From: a virus
Reading direction: 5' to 3' (one strand)
Virus record (IMG/VR): IMGVR_UViG_3300005253_000015
Location: 32,001-96,000 of that record
Length of the DNA: 64,000 nucleotides
Shown here: positions 8,655 through 18,405 of the stretch, in pieces
Numbering within the stretch: the first letter of the stretch is position 1
Layout: each line of letters opens with the position of its first letter
Notes under the pieces: generated by a model
Told to the model about the DNA's origin: nothing
The model's database searches: none
The model's input: the letters and a program-made list of their open reading frames with translations, nothing else
Translations under genes and position numbers: made by a program

Positions 8655-9416
8655 ATGATTTCTACTAAAGAAAAGGGAGAGAGATTTAGAGGCTGGGTAT
8701 TGGGTATCATAAATGGTATTGATACTAAGATGTTAAAGCGTATGATAATAAAAAATGAGATACCTATATTATGGGAATATGAATTACCCAAATATTTAGG
8801 CTTTATGAAAATCTTAATTACTGAATATAAAGACCAAATAATAGAGCAATTAAAGTTTAGTGTTGTAATGGACTACGCTAAAGAATATCGCCCAGATTTA
8901 GCTAGGATTATAATACATCCCCAAGGTAAAAAGTGGATGGAACGCTTTCTTAGAATGATACGATTTCTCATTGAGAATTCACATTTAGAGAACTTTGAGA
9001 TTGCTGCTAAGTATAATGAAAGAATGCATGAAATTAAGGCACAACGGGCTAAACAAAAAGAAAATGTCCAACTTGAATTAGTAAGACAAGAGCAAGAACG
9101 TTTATATTATGAAAACGCACAAAAGGAGCAAGAGCATATAAATAAGGAAAATGAAAGAATGACACGACTAAGAATTAGAGAAGAGTTAAAAGAAGAGTTT
9201 AGACTTAAGAGAGAGGAAAAACGTAATGAAAGACGTAGACCAATAGAGTTTGCCGAAGAGAATAAACCTATATCAGAACCAGAAAGCGTAGAACTTGAGG
9301 AAGAGACTGTACCTTTAATAGAAGCAGAAGAAGTAGCCCTTGAAGAGGAAACTGTTTCAGACCCACTTGATGTTGATACTACTGTTGACCTTAAAAATAA
9401 GTATGATTTTCTATAA
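8655..9416 (+). CDS. Hypothetical protein with charged coiled coil and acidic tail
   Basis: 253 aa, GAGG SD. Confidence 0.75.
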   Translation: MISTKEKGERFRGWVLGIINGIDTKMLKRMIIKNEIPILWEYELPKYLGFMKILITEYKDQIIEQLKFSVVMDYAKEYRPDLARIIIHPQGKKWMERFLRMIRFLIENSHLENFEIAAKYNERMHEIKAQRAKQKENVQLELVRQEQERLYYENAQKEQEHINKENERMTRLRIREELKEEFRLKREEKRNERRRPIEFAEENKPISEPESVELEEETVPLIEAEEVALEEETVSDPLDVDTTVDLKNKYDFL

Positions 9417-9491
9417 ACAAACTTAAATATTTTTTATACTAATTTTATAATTTTTCACAATCCTTAAATGTATTACTACATATTAATATGT

Positions 9492-9632
9492 ATGGCTAAA
9501 TATAAACAAGTGACTTTAACTCTTAATGGTAAAATAGTTAAAGGTTTACAAGATAGGGGTTTTAATATCAGTAAATTAGTCCGTATATATTTAAAGAAGA
9601 GACTTGAGGATGAAGAAAAATTACAGAAGTAA
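9492..9632 (+). CDS. 46-aa ribbon-helix-helix (CcdA-like) regulator
   Basis: MAKYKQVTLTLN...GFNISKLVRIYLKKRL. Confidence 0.6.
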   Translation: MAKYKQVTLTLNGKIVKGLQDRGFNISKLVRIYLKKRLEDEEKLQK

Positions 9633-10159
9633 AACAATACCGTAATAAAGAATGGTTAGAAGACCAATATATTAACCAGAAAAAATCTAAGGATAAAATA
9701 GCTAAAGATATTGGAATATCAAATACAACAATCTCTAGATGGATGGGTATACATAATATTAAGTCGAGAAGTTGTTGGGCTCATTGGGTTGGAAAAATAG
9801 GAGCTGAAGCTAATAGTTGGAAAGGTGGTAGGATATATAAAAGAGGATATACTTTAATTATGAATAAAGGGCATCCAAGGGCAGACTCGAATGGATATGT
9901 ACTTGAGCATATATTAGTAATAGAGAAATATTTAGGGCATTATATTAAATATTATGGAATAAGGCATAAGGATAATGAAATTGTCCATCACTTAAATGGA
10001 ATTAGAAGTGATAATAGAATAGAGAATCTCATATTAACTGATAATTTATTAGAACATAATAAAATACATCATTCTTTAATAAAATGTGCTTATAGAAAAT
10101 TTGAAGATAATACCATAAAATTTAATTATAAAAAGAAGGAATATTATATTAATGAATAA
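9620..10159 (+). CDS. HNH homing endonuclease with N-terminal HTH (starts upstream of the tracked ATG 9743)
   Basis: Frame open from 9614 encodes YRNKEWLEDQYINQKKS..IAKDIG HTH; HNH motif VHHLNGIRSDNRIENL; start uncertain (ATT, or frameshifted ATG 9610). Confidence 0.75.
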   Translation: MTEVKQYRNKEWLEDQYINQKKSKDKIAKDIGISNTTISRWMGIHNIKSRSCWAHWVGKIGAEANSWKGGRIYKRGYTLIMNKGHPRADSNGYVLEHILVIEKYLGHYIKYYGIRHKDNEIVHHLNGIRSDNRIENLILTDNLLEHNKIHHSLIKCAYRKFEDNTIKFNYKKKEYYINE

Positions 10160-10511
10160 AACAAATGTAATAGAAACTCCCGATTTTATTTATGTTATGA
10201 TAAATAATTTTCCCCCTTATAAAAAACCTATAGTTGTGGATAAAGAAAAGGGCATTATTAAGCACAGAGGTATAGATGGAGACTATATTAAGACTAATTA
10301 TGTAAAGTATCCAACCAAGCATTATACCAAAGAGTATGTTGAAAAATATATATCACCTCAATATGAGGACTGTCCCAAATGTAATATTGGTGAATTGATT
10401 ACAGATGATACAAAAAGTATGAATACTCTGTCATTTAAGAATAGTGCCCCTTTACTATTCTTTGTTGGAGCAATTGCAGTTCCCTTATTATATCGTTTTT
10501 TAAAAAGATAA
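10152..10511 (+). CDS. Protein with CxxC and C-terminal TM anchor
   Basis: CPKC; LLFFVGAIAVPLLYRF. Confidence 0.7.
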   Translation: MNKTNVIETPDFIYVMINNFPPYKKPIVVDKEKGIIKHRGIDGDYIKTNYVKYPTKHYTKEYVEKYISPQYEDCPKCNIGELITDDTKSMNTLSFKNSAPLLFFVGAIAVPLLYRFLKR

Positions 10512-10599
10512 CACTATAAATATGAATAATCCTAAGTTTTAAATACTCGAAAACAAATAATAATTCATAATAAACATTTTATAAATTTGGTAAAAAAAT

Positions 10600-11166
10600 A
10601 TGGCAAGATTACCCAGCGTAAGTTTGAAGGGATTTGGAAGATGGATTAAACAACCAGCAGTTGCAGGTCAAGGCTTAGCTCAGATTCCTAAGTTCGCAAT
10701 TGGCTTAGCCAGTACAGAATTAGGAAATAAAGTCTATAATACTCTTATAGGCATAGTTGGAAATATTATAAATGAGAATACAAAAAAGAGTGCCCTGCTA
10801 CGTTCTTTATTCACAAATATGATGTTTACGGTTGCTGACCCTACTGCTAATCAAATTAGAGAGTTAAGTAGAAATGTTCAAGATTTAATGGGTGGATTGA
10901 AACTGAAAAGTTATTCAACTGCCTTCGGTGCTTTAAATGAAGACCCACAAGAGATAGTTAGTGCGATTCGCTCAGCAATACCTAAGTTTAGTGGGTTTAA
11001 AGGTTTTAAAATTCCTTCATTAAAGAAATTCAAAAATATTTCTATTGGTCGTACTGATGCTATTTCAGAAGTCACATCAGATTTAGTCACTAAATTCACT
11101 GGTGGATTTGACGGGGGAATGTCTTATGGAGACCCTCTATCTGAAGATGATTTAGTTGAATATTAG
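10600..11166 (+). CDS. Hypothetical (possibly virion/membrane-associated) protein
   Basis: 188 aa, amphipathic, upstream of the capsid-like genes. Confidence 0.7.
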   Translation: MARLPSVSLKGFGRWIKQPAVAGQGLAQIPKFAIGLASTELGNKVYNTLIGIVGNIINENTKKSALLRSLFTNMMFTVADPTANQIRELSRNVQDLMGGLKLKSYSTAFGALNEDPQEIVSAIRSAIPKFSGFKGFKIPSLKKFKNISIGRTDAISEVTSDLVTKFTGGFDGGMSYGDPLSEDDLVEY

Positions 11167-11587
11167 ACTCTCAATCCAAAATAATTAAATTTTTTTAAAT
11201 TCATTTTCCTACATTTTAGAATATATCTGAAGTCTCAGTTTTTTTAAGGATTAGTTCTCCTTCTTTGTTTAAACACCACATAACTAAGTCTCCGTCTTTA
11301 AATCCTATTCTTGATAAAATTTTTTTACCAATAAAAACTTTTGATTGTGTTATTTTTGTTGTTTTTAAAACTTCAGTAATCATATTTATATTATTTTTTT
11401 ATATCTTAATAAACTTTAGTGTAGATACGTACTGGCAGTACAATATAATACAACTCTTTACTGAAGCCTTATATATGGATTATTCTAAATAATATCTAAC
11501 TTAAAAAAAAAAATATAAGTATAGGTTATAAAGGACTGATGGATTTCAGACTACCTATTAAATATATATAAAAAAGGCTCGATAAAA

Positions 11588-12172
11588 ATGTTAGGAAATT
11601 TAATTTTCGAAGCTCCTCATATTTGGAAACTTATTAGACACCAATTGATTGGAAACGGTGGAAAACCAGATGAACTTGGAAATGCTGTTGGTGGATTCGT
11701 TCGAAAGACCGAAGTTAAACATAATGCACAGCAAGGCTCTTACTGGTATCGATTTTTTAAAGCTGATGACCCTATGATTAACGGTGGTACTGTTAAAACT
11801 TATGATGCTACTTTAACTACAGTAACCGAAGAGAATATCTTGGCTACTGGAAATGTTGTTACAGTTCCTACTGGAGAGGCTATGGCTTCTTTTGGATGGA
11901 TTGATTTAGTTGATTTAGGAAGACTTGGATACTTACATGTTAAAAAAGAGGGTGTGCTTAAAAGTGAACTACCTGCAAGGGTAGCATATAGACAGCAAAA
12001 TCCTACTGGTTATTATGTAGACTTAGACACAGTTATGTTTGGTGAGGAAAATGCCAAAGTAGATTTCGTTATCTATAATGGTAATGCATTTGATGTTACT
12101 GATATTTGTATTCCTATCATGTTTAGAATTGCTTCAAGGGCAGCTCTAAACTTAGAAAAGCCATTTTATTAG
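11588..12172 (+). CDS. Candidate major capsid protein 1 (beta-rich, possible single jelly-roll)
   Basis: Paralog of next ORF (GSYWYRF, EENI.A, FGW, MFRIAS..ALNLE); heads the strong-SD structural operon. Confidence 0.55.
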   Translation: MLGNLIFEAPHIWKLIRHQLIGNGGKPDELGNAVGGFVRKTEVKHNAQQGSYWYRFFKADDPMINGGTVKTYDATLTTVTEENILATGNVVTVPTGEAMASFGWIDLVDLGRLGYLHVKKEGVLKSELPARVAYRQQNPTGYYVDLDTVMFGEENAKVDFVIYNGNAFDVTDICIPIMFRIASRAALNLEKPFY

Positions 12173-12185
12173 AGGTTGATTAATT

Positions 12186-12713
12186 ATGTTGGCAATGTTA
12201 ATTAATAAATACCCAGAAATAATGAATATTATCAAACGTAGGCTAAAAATATATGTTGCTGAAGCTGAACGTAGGTATAACTCCAGTGCTGGTAGTTATT
12301 GGTATCGGTTCTTACGACCAAATGACCCTGCTATTGGTGGAACTGATAAGGTTTATACCGCTACATATACTAATACTGCTGAAGAGAATATTTTTGCTTC
12401 TGCCGCTACGATTACCGTACCAGTCTCTAATGCTTATGTCATCTTCGGATGGTATAACGATGCTGATTTTGGTGTCGGTGGTTATCTAAAGGTAGAAAAA
12501 CAAGGAGTAGAAAAATCGTTGATTCATGCAAGATTACCTTACCAAAACGCCAATCCTAAATATCTCTATCTTGACTTCGACCATGTAATTGTCGGATGGC
12601 AGCAAGAGATTTTAGACCCAATCGCTTATAATGAATTCGGTGCTGACCAGATTTGTATGTGCTTCCCTTTCATGTTTCGAATTGCAAGTAAATCTGCTCT
12701 GAATTTAGAGTAG
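12186..12713 (+). CDS. Candidate major capsid protein 2 (paralog)
   Basis: As above; GAGGTTGA SD. Confidence 0.55.
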   Translation: MLAMLINKYPEIMNIIKRRLKIYVAEAERRYNSSAGSYWYRFLRPNDPAIGGTDKVYTATYTNTAEENIFASAATITVPVSNAYVIFGWYNDADFGVGGYLKVEKQGVEKSLIHARLPYQNANPKYLYLDFDHVIVGWQQEILDPIAYNEFGADQICMCFPFMFRIASKSALNLE

Positions 12714-12742
12714 AAATACTCACTATTTTAAGGTGATTAAAT

Positions 12743-13102
12743 ATGGCAACTGCTATGACGGTCTATGACCAAGATGAGGTTGCGGGACATAATTTGGTAG
12801 TAGCTATAAGCTTTACTTCTGGTGGAGTAGCTAATACACTTACTATTCCCGCTGGACATCCCGACTTTGATTTACGACACGCACATCCCTTAATTGGTGC
12901 TCTGGCACTGTTAAATGAAGCTAATACTGACCAATCTGAATCCTCTCTTATGAACTGTGCTAAAGAGATGAAACGTGCTGTAGCTGCTGATTCTGCTGGT
13001 GAAATGAGTATTATGAGTGCTACTACAGTAAGTCTATATACAATTGATAAAGATGGAATTGCGTTAGTATCTTATAGAGCTGGTGGAGCAAGGCGTTACT
13101 AA
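12743..13102 (+). CDS. Small structural protein, tandem paralog 1
   Basis: TVYD..GH.., AG.P..DL..AHP, SY.AG; AGGTGATTAAA SD. Confidence 0.7.
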   Translation: MATAMTVYDQDEVAGHNLVVAISFTSGGVANTLTIPAGHPDFDLRHAHPLIGALALLNEANTDQSESSLMNCAKEMKRAVAADSAGEMSIMSATTVSLYTIDKDGIALVSYRAGGARRY

Positions 13103-13113
13103 GGTGATTAAAA

Positions 13114-13485
13114 ATGGCTGACCCAATTACTGTTTATGACCAACGACAAGAAGGGCATATAGTTACTATCTTCTTGGATTTCACGTCTGGTGGAGCTACT
13201 ACTGCGGTAGAGCTTACTATTACTGCTGGATATCCAAACCTCGACTTAAGCAAAGCACATCCCATAATTAGTGGGGCTCTGTTTGAATTTGAAGGTGATG
13301 TTATAGTTAATTCTCTTGCTATGCTACCCTCTGCTGAGGTTTCTCGAAGTGATGCTACAGCTCCCGATACTGCTGGTGAATATCAGATAACTGCTGCTAA
13401 TACTTTTAAATATTGTAATGGTGCTGGTAATGCTGATGGTATTATTGCTATCTGTTACTGGGCTGCTGGGAACAAAAACGTATAA
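13114..13485 (+). CDS. Small structural protein, tandem paralog 2
   Basis: Same motifs and SD. Confidence 0.7.
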   Translation: MADPITVYDQRQEGHIVTIFLDFTSGGATTAVELTITAGYPNLDLSKAHPIISGALFEFEGDVIVNSLAMLPSAEVSRSDATAPDTAGEYQITAANTFKYCNGAGNADGIIAICYWAAGNKNV

Positions 13486-13496
13486 GGTGATTAAAA

Positions 13497-13868
13497 ATGG
13501 TCGCAACTCCTATAACCGTATATGATAGAGAAGAATGTGCTGGACATATTGTTACTATTTTTCAGTTAGTAAGTTCTACAGGAGCTACTAAGGCAGAGAC
13601 GATTACTCTTAATGCTGGTTATCCTGCTATAGATTTAACTAAAGCTCATCCAATTCTTAGTATTCTTTGGTATAATATTGAAGCTAGTGATTCCAGTGCT
13701 ACTGAAGAAGAATCCAATGCCGATGACGAAATAGCAAGGGGTACTGCTCCTACTGCTTCTGGAGACTTCGATATTGAAGGGTATATGTCATTCAAACTAT
13801 ATCTGACTGCTGATGTAAATGGGCTTGTAATGGTTTCATACTGGGCTGCTGGAAGTAAGCAAGTATAG
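13497..13868 (+). CDS. Small structural protein, tandem paralog 3
   Basis: Same motifs and SD. Confidence 0.7.
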   Translation: MVATPITVYDREECAGHIVTIFQLVSSTGATKAETITLNAGYPAIDLTKAHPILSILWYNIEASDSSATEEESNADDEIARGTAPTASGDFDIEGYMSFKLYLTADVNGLVMVSYWAAGSKQV

Positions 13869-13899
13869 TTTAGCACTATCAAAAAAAACTTAGTTTTAA

Positions 13900-13923
13900 C
13901 TTTCTTTTTTTTATTTATTTTTT
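13900..13923 (+). terminator. Oligo-T archaeal-type terminator after the structural operon
   Basis: TTTCTTTTTTTTATTTATTTTTT. Confidence 0.5.
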
Positions 13924-13960
13924 CTAAAAGTTTATTAAATTCATATGTCATTTCTTATTT

Positions 13961-14479
13961 ATGGCTAAACTCTACCATTCAAAAGATTATCTAATTAATG
14001 AATATATAAACAATAATAAAGAGATACAAGAGATAGCAAGAGAGAATGGTGTTTGTGATAGTACAATCAGTCGTAGAATGGATAAATTAAAAATTCCGAA
14101 GAGAGGACAGAAAAGAGAGAATCATCCTATGTGGAAGGGTGGTAAATATACAGATATGTATGGTTATGTAAAAATAAAGAATTATAATCATCCAAATGTT
14201 GATAGTGGAAATTATATAGGAGAGCATACTTTAATTATGGAAAAATCAATTGGTAGATATCTAAAACATTATGGAAGAAATAATAAAAATAATGAATTAG
14301 TACATCATATAAATGGTATAAAAAATGATAATAGAATCGAAAATCTTTTTTTATGTAATAATATGTCTCATCATAAAAATATTCATTATAATTTAGAAAA
14401 AGTAGCTTTAAAGTTATATATGGAAGGTAAAATAAAATTTAAGGAAGGAGATTATAAAATTGGTAAAATTGGACTATAA
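13961..14479 (+). CDS. HNH homing endonuclease with HTH
   Basis: HPMWKGG, EHTLIME..IGR, VHHINGIKNDNRIENL. Confidence 0.85.
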   Translation: MAKLYHSKDYLINEYINNNKEIQEIARENGVCDSTISRRMDKLKIPKRGQKRENHPMWKGGKYTDMYGYVKIKNYNHPNVDSGNYIGEHTLIMEKSIGRYLKHYGRNNKNNELVHHINGIKNDNRIENLFLCNNMSHHKNIHYNLEKVALKLYMEGKIKFKEGDYKIGKIGL

Positions 14480-14882
14480 TAGGTGTCTTGTTTGTGAATG
14501 CAGAGGTTTATGTTGTTATTTTTCAACTTTAATAGATGGCAAACATAATATAATTTTAGACGACCATCCATGTACTTTTTTGAATATTGATACTGGTTTA
14601 TGCAAACAATACAAAAATAGAAAGGAAGTATTCGAGAATTGTATAAGTGTCGAAGATGCTAAAAAGATAGGGGGTCTACCAGAAGGCTGTCTTCATTTAA
14701 AGAAAGATGGGATATATCCTTATCCACCAAAACGGAAATTAAGGGAAGATGATAATGAACGAATTAAAGTACGAACTGCGTTTGTAAATGCGATGTCTCA
14801 TAAAAACTTCCAAGAATATATACCCGATTTTATGAAACCATTATCAGACGAACTAAAAAAAATACCAGAAAAAGATATATAA
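14460..14882 (+). CDS. YkgJ/YcgN-like CxxCxxCC cysteine-cluster protein
   Basis: CLVCECRGLCC, PCTFL..TGLC.QY.NR, LPEGC; TTG start. Confidence 0.75.
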   Translation: MVKLDYNRCLVCECRGLCCYFSTLIDGKHNIILDDHPCTFLNIDTGLCKQYKNRKEVFENCISVEDAKKIGGLPEGCLHLKKDGIYPYPPKRKLREDDNERIKVRTAFVNAMSHKNFQEYIPDFMKPLSDELKKIPEKDI

Positions 14883-14902
14883 TTTAACCTTATCTTCTAA
14901 GC

Positions 14903-15142
14903 TTATTTAGCATCCTTTAATTTATCTCTAAATTTATCTAAAAGCCTACTTGTATGAGTTCGCTTACTTTCATCCTTGATTTCACGCCAGTGAATATCGT
15001 ATTTCCGCTGTAAATCCTCTATAAATATTTTATGGAAGCGAAACTTATCTATACCAATACATAATTCTTTATCATTCTTAATTATGCATAATTCTATTGG
15101 TAAATCCTCTTCATTATAAACAACCTTCCTTTCAGCCATCAT
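14903..15142 (-). CDS. Hypothetical protein
   Basis: 79 aa. Confidence 0.55.
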   Translation of the reverse strand: MMAERKVVYNEEDLPIELCIIKNDKELCIGIDKFRFHKIFIEDLQRKYDIHWREIKDESKRTHTSRLLDKFRDKLKDAK

Positions 15143-15165
15143 AATTCTATATTATTTTGGGTATT

Positions 15166-16380
15166 CTATATCACTTCGATATTAATCCATATATCGGCAT
15201 CATTACCACCAGTCTCAGACTTAACAGAACATTCAATAGCAGTACCCTGAGACACTAAATATCTTTCATTAAAAAGGATTCTATTAGACCTATTAGCAGC
15301 AGCTTCTAATATACCATCCCAGAAATATGTAGTACCACCATCCTTAGTCAGTCTGATACCCCACTTTTCTAATGTATCAAACTCAAATACTACTCCAGTA
15401 ACATAAAAAGGTTTAGTGGCGGCAGCAACATTCCTTATTTCTACATCAGCAACAGTCCAATTATTAGCACCCGCAGCCGCAGTGACTACCACCCCAGTTA
15501 AATCGGCTGGAGCAAGTGTAGCATTTAGAGAATCAGCATTAATATCAAAAAGCTCAGTTGAAGTACCATTATCATCAATATTAGCAGTACAACCGTAAAG
15601 ATATATATGAAAAAAGGCGTTCCCAGTCGAACCAGCATTATCAATCTGTATTCCCATAACACAATCGTCTATTTCAAATATCTCAAAATGGTTGTCATCA
15701 TCATCTGCATTGTCTAAATGAATACCAATTAAACAATCGTCAACCTCATTATCCTTAAATAATCCATCAGTACAATCATCCAAATGTATTCCCGTAGTAT
15801 TGGTAACAACTCCATGAAAAAAGCAATCCCTAATCTTAGGATACTTAACACCACCATCCAACATTAACAAATCCATAGCTCCAGTGGCAGTATCACCTTC
15901 AAAATGGACATTCTCAGCCTCAAATCCGTTAGCCCCAGTTCCATTGACTAAAATACCATCAATAGAAGTAGCTCCAACATCAATTTTAAGATTACTTAAA
16001 ATTGCACTACCAGTAAATTTTAAAATACAAGTAGCCCCACTATTACTATTAGTTATGGTTGTTAAGTTTCTACCCATACCCACAATAGCAATATTTTCAT
16101 CATAGGTCGGATTTCCAGTAGTGTCAATATCGAAAGAGCCCACACCAGTTACTATCAAATGAAACTGTCCAGATGATTGATTTGAAGCAATCCAATCGAG
16201 AGCTGTAGTTAATGATGTGTATGCTTTAATCCAGCTACTTCCATCAGAATTATCTCCAGCACTTGATACAAAAAGAGTATCCTCAAAACCAAGAGCTTTA
16301 GCTAATGATTTGAGGAGGTTAATAACTTTAATATCTACAGTTTCCCCTAGCATCACATTCTTTAAGCCCATTAATGACAT
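15166..16380 (-). CDS. Spike/adhesin with pectin-lyase-like right-handed beta-helix
   Basis: FVSSAGDNSDGSSW..AY.SL..A cap, PbH1-like GIHLD repeats. Confidence 0.8.
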   Translation of the reverse strand: MSLMGLKNVMLGETVDIKVINLLKSLAKALGFEDTLFVSSAGDNSDGSSWIKAYTSLTTALDWIASNQSSGQFHLIVTGVGSFDIDTTGNPTYDENIAIVGMGRNLTTITNSNSGATCILKFTGSAILSNLKIDVGATSIDGILVNGTGANGFEAENVHFEGDTATGAMDLLMLDGGVKYPKIRDCFFHGVVTNTTGIHLDDCTDGLFKDNEVDDCLIGIHLDNADDDDNHFEIFEIDDCVMGIQIDNAGSTGNAFFHIYLYGCTANIDDNGTSTELFDINADSLNATLAPADLTGVVVTAAAGANNWTVADVEIRNVAAATKPFYVTGVVFEFDTLEKWGIRLTKDGGTTYFWDGILEAAANRSNRILFNERYLVSQGTAIECSVKSETGGNDADIWINIEVI

Positions 16381-16397
16381 TATTTAGTCTCCCTTTA

Positions 16398-16583
16398 TTA
16401 TAATTCTTTTAGTAATTTTTCATATTTTTCTTTATATTCTAAATATTTCTGATGATGTTTTTCTGTCACTTTACAAGCAGCTTCAATATGATGATATTGA
16501 CAATCGTGAAAAGCCATACGTTCTTCTATTTTAAAGATTAAAGTCGAAAATAAAGTATCAAAGACTTTCTTGATTTCACTCAT
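16398..16583 (-). CDS. Hypothetical protein
   Basis: 61 aa, ATGA overlap. Confidence 0.55.
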   Translation of the reverse strand: MSEIKKVFDTLFSTLIFKIEERMAFHDCQYHHIEAACKVTEKHHQKYLEYKEKYEKLLKEL

Positions 16584-17068
16584 TTTGTCTCCCTTCCCTC
16601 TCTTAATGTATATTTACATAGAGCTACTGTTAATGTAGTGGCTGTACCACCAGTTAATTCAATTACAAAACCTTTCTTAAAGTATAAATTTCTAATACTA
16701 AAAACAAAAAACGCTCCACTTGGAAAAGCAGATAAATTATCTAACCAATCATCATAGGTTTGAAACCATGAGAATAGTTCATTAAATAATTCAGTATCAT
16801 CAATAATAATTCTAATTCTATAATCAGACTGGTCATTATATATAAATATCTGGTCTATTAAACCATTTCCACCAACGGACAGAAACTTATAGTAAGTATT
16901 AGCCCCTATACTATGTGATTTGTCTAATTCTGTTTTTGTGGTAAAATCGTGCCTTTCAGAAGTTGTTATAGCTCTACCATCAGTCAATAAGTCTAATATC
17001 GTCTTATTCTGTTTCTGAAACTCAGAATTGAGATACATTTGTAAATTTGCTTTCTTATCTTGAGACAT
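16580..17068 (-). CDS. Beta-sandwich structural protein, paralog family A
   Basis: GGNGLIDQIF...DYRIRIIIDD...SIRNLYF shared with 28660 and 17410. Confidence 0.7.
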   Translation of the reverse strand: MSQDKKANLQMYLNSEFQKQNKTILDLLTDGRAITTSERHDFTTKTELDKSHSIGANTYYKFLSVGGNGLIDQIFIYNDQSDYRIRIIIDDTELFNELFSWFQTYDDWLDNLSAFPSGAFFVFSIRNLYFKKGFVIELTGGTATTLTVALCKYTLREGRETK

Positions 17069-17186
17069 TATAATTTATTATTCATTTCTAATTATATAAA
17101 TTTTTATTTGTTCCTTAAATTTTATAAAACTAAAGTACATAAATATACATATAGATTTATATAATTAATATTATTGAGGTTATATA

Positions 17187-17387
17187 ATGCCAAGTGAAGA
17201 AAAACTAGCTCTTATTAATGATATAAAAAGGATGATGAGTGTTAATACTCAGAGAAGGTCAAGCTACGATTCACTTGGCACTCATAAGCTTTTAGACAAG
17301 TTATTTATGCGATTGGGTTTAGTTATTATAATTGGCTTACTTGGATATCTTGCTATAAGAGATTCTAATCGAAATAAGAAATGTTAG
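17187..17387 (+). CDS. Small single-TM membrane protein
   Basis: C-terminal TM plus basic tail; similar to 28429. Confidence 0.7.
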   Translation: MPSEEKLALINDIKRMMSVNTQRRSSYDSLGTHKLLDKLFMRLGLVIIIGLLGYLAIRDSNRNKKC

Positions 17388-17409
17388 ATGTGATAAGTGG
17401 GGATTATGA

Positions 17410-18099
17410 ATGAATTCGGTTGACTTTAGTAAATATTCGCTTGAAGAGTTAAAGAATTTAAAAAATAACCTAGAAAAGAAACCTAAACCTAATTTTGCTC
17501 CAAAATTAAATATTATAGATAAATTTACTAATATTGATGAGTTATTAATAGAAACTATTAGAGCTCTAAAAGATTTGACTCAAGACCAGAGGGAGACTAA
17601 TCGCCAATTACAAATATCAAATAAACTTTTACTTGGTCTCTTAATTGAAGAAGCTGCTGATGGTACTATTAGTTTGAGGGGTGAGTCTGGTATTGATACT
17701 GCTGCTATATTAGAGGAAATAGGTGGGGGGGGAGCAGTAATTACTCGAAAAATTGATTTAGCTAATACAACTGTAGAGGGGAATAAAATAATTTTTCAAG
17801 CTGAGTTTGAGGGTGGCTTAGCTGAAGTATTATTTACAAGTTCAACATCAACTACAGATAATAAGGATTATTCTGTTAGAGTTTTAGGTGATGATGAAAT
17901 AGCATATCAAGGTACATTTGCTGAATTTGAAGCTCGTGGTGGTACAGAAACTGATATGGCTTGTTTTGAAGATGAGATTAATAATTGGTATCTTTTGCAA
18001 TTCCAAAATGTGAATTTTGCTAATAAAATTTTAATAGAGGTTTATGATTCTTCAGCTACATTTTTAAGAATTTATGTAAAATACCATAAATCTACTTGA
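17410..18099 (+). CDS. Coiled-coil + beta-sandwich protein, paralog family A
   Basis: GGLAEVLF...DYSVRVLGDD...QFQNVNF. Confidence 0.7.
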   Translation: MNSVDFSKYSLEELKNLKNNLEKKPKPNFAPKLNIIDKFTNIDELLIETIRALKDLTQDQRETNRQLQISNKLLLGLLIEEAADGTISLRGESGIDTAAILEEIGGGGAVITRKIDLANTTVEGNKIIFQAEFEGGLAEVLFTSSTSTTDNKDYSVRVLGDDEIAYQGTFAEFEARGGTETDMACFEDEINNWYLLQFQNVNFANKILIEVYDSSATFLRIYVKYHKST

Positions 18100-18153
18100 G
18101 ATTTAAAATAATAAATAGATAATATTGTAATATATATAATAAACATTTAAAAA

Positions 18154-18402
18154 ATGGGAAATATCAAAAAGTTTAAAATCATTACCGATTTGGTAGGCTA
18201 CACTGTTGGGGCTATATCATCATTGTGGATGGGAATATTGGTTCATCACTTCTTTAGATATGGTGGTGTAATATTCTATGAAGAGAGTAGGGCTATCACT
18301 ATCATAGAAGGTATAGCAGCTGCTTTTGGTGTATCATATTTTGGCTATAAGATTGCGAAAATGATGACTAAAAAGGAAATAGATAAATATATTAGAGAAT
18401 AG
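18154..18402 (+). CDS. Small 2-TM membrane protein
   Basis: Two hydrophobic helices. Confidence 0.7.
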   Translation: MGNIKKFKIITDLVGYTVGAISSLWMGILVHHFFRYGGVIFYEESRAITIIEGIAAAFGVSYFGYKIAKMMTKKEIDKYIRE

Positions 18403-18405
18403 GAA

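Noticed and set aside
11265-11492. 75-aa hydrophobic ORF before the capsid genes
   Set aside because: TTG start in a T-rich intergenic/promoter region; probably spurious
13900-14490. Duplicated target termini around the HNH at 13961 (MAKLYHSK vs MVKLDYNR) and at 9620/39878
   Set aside because: Similarity too short and explained by the HTH motif or AT-richness
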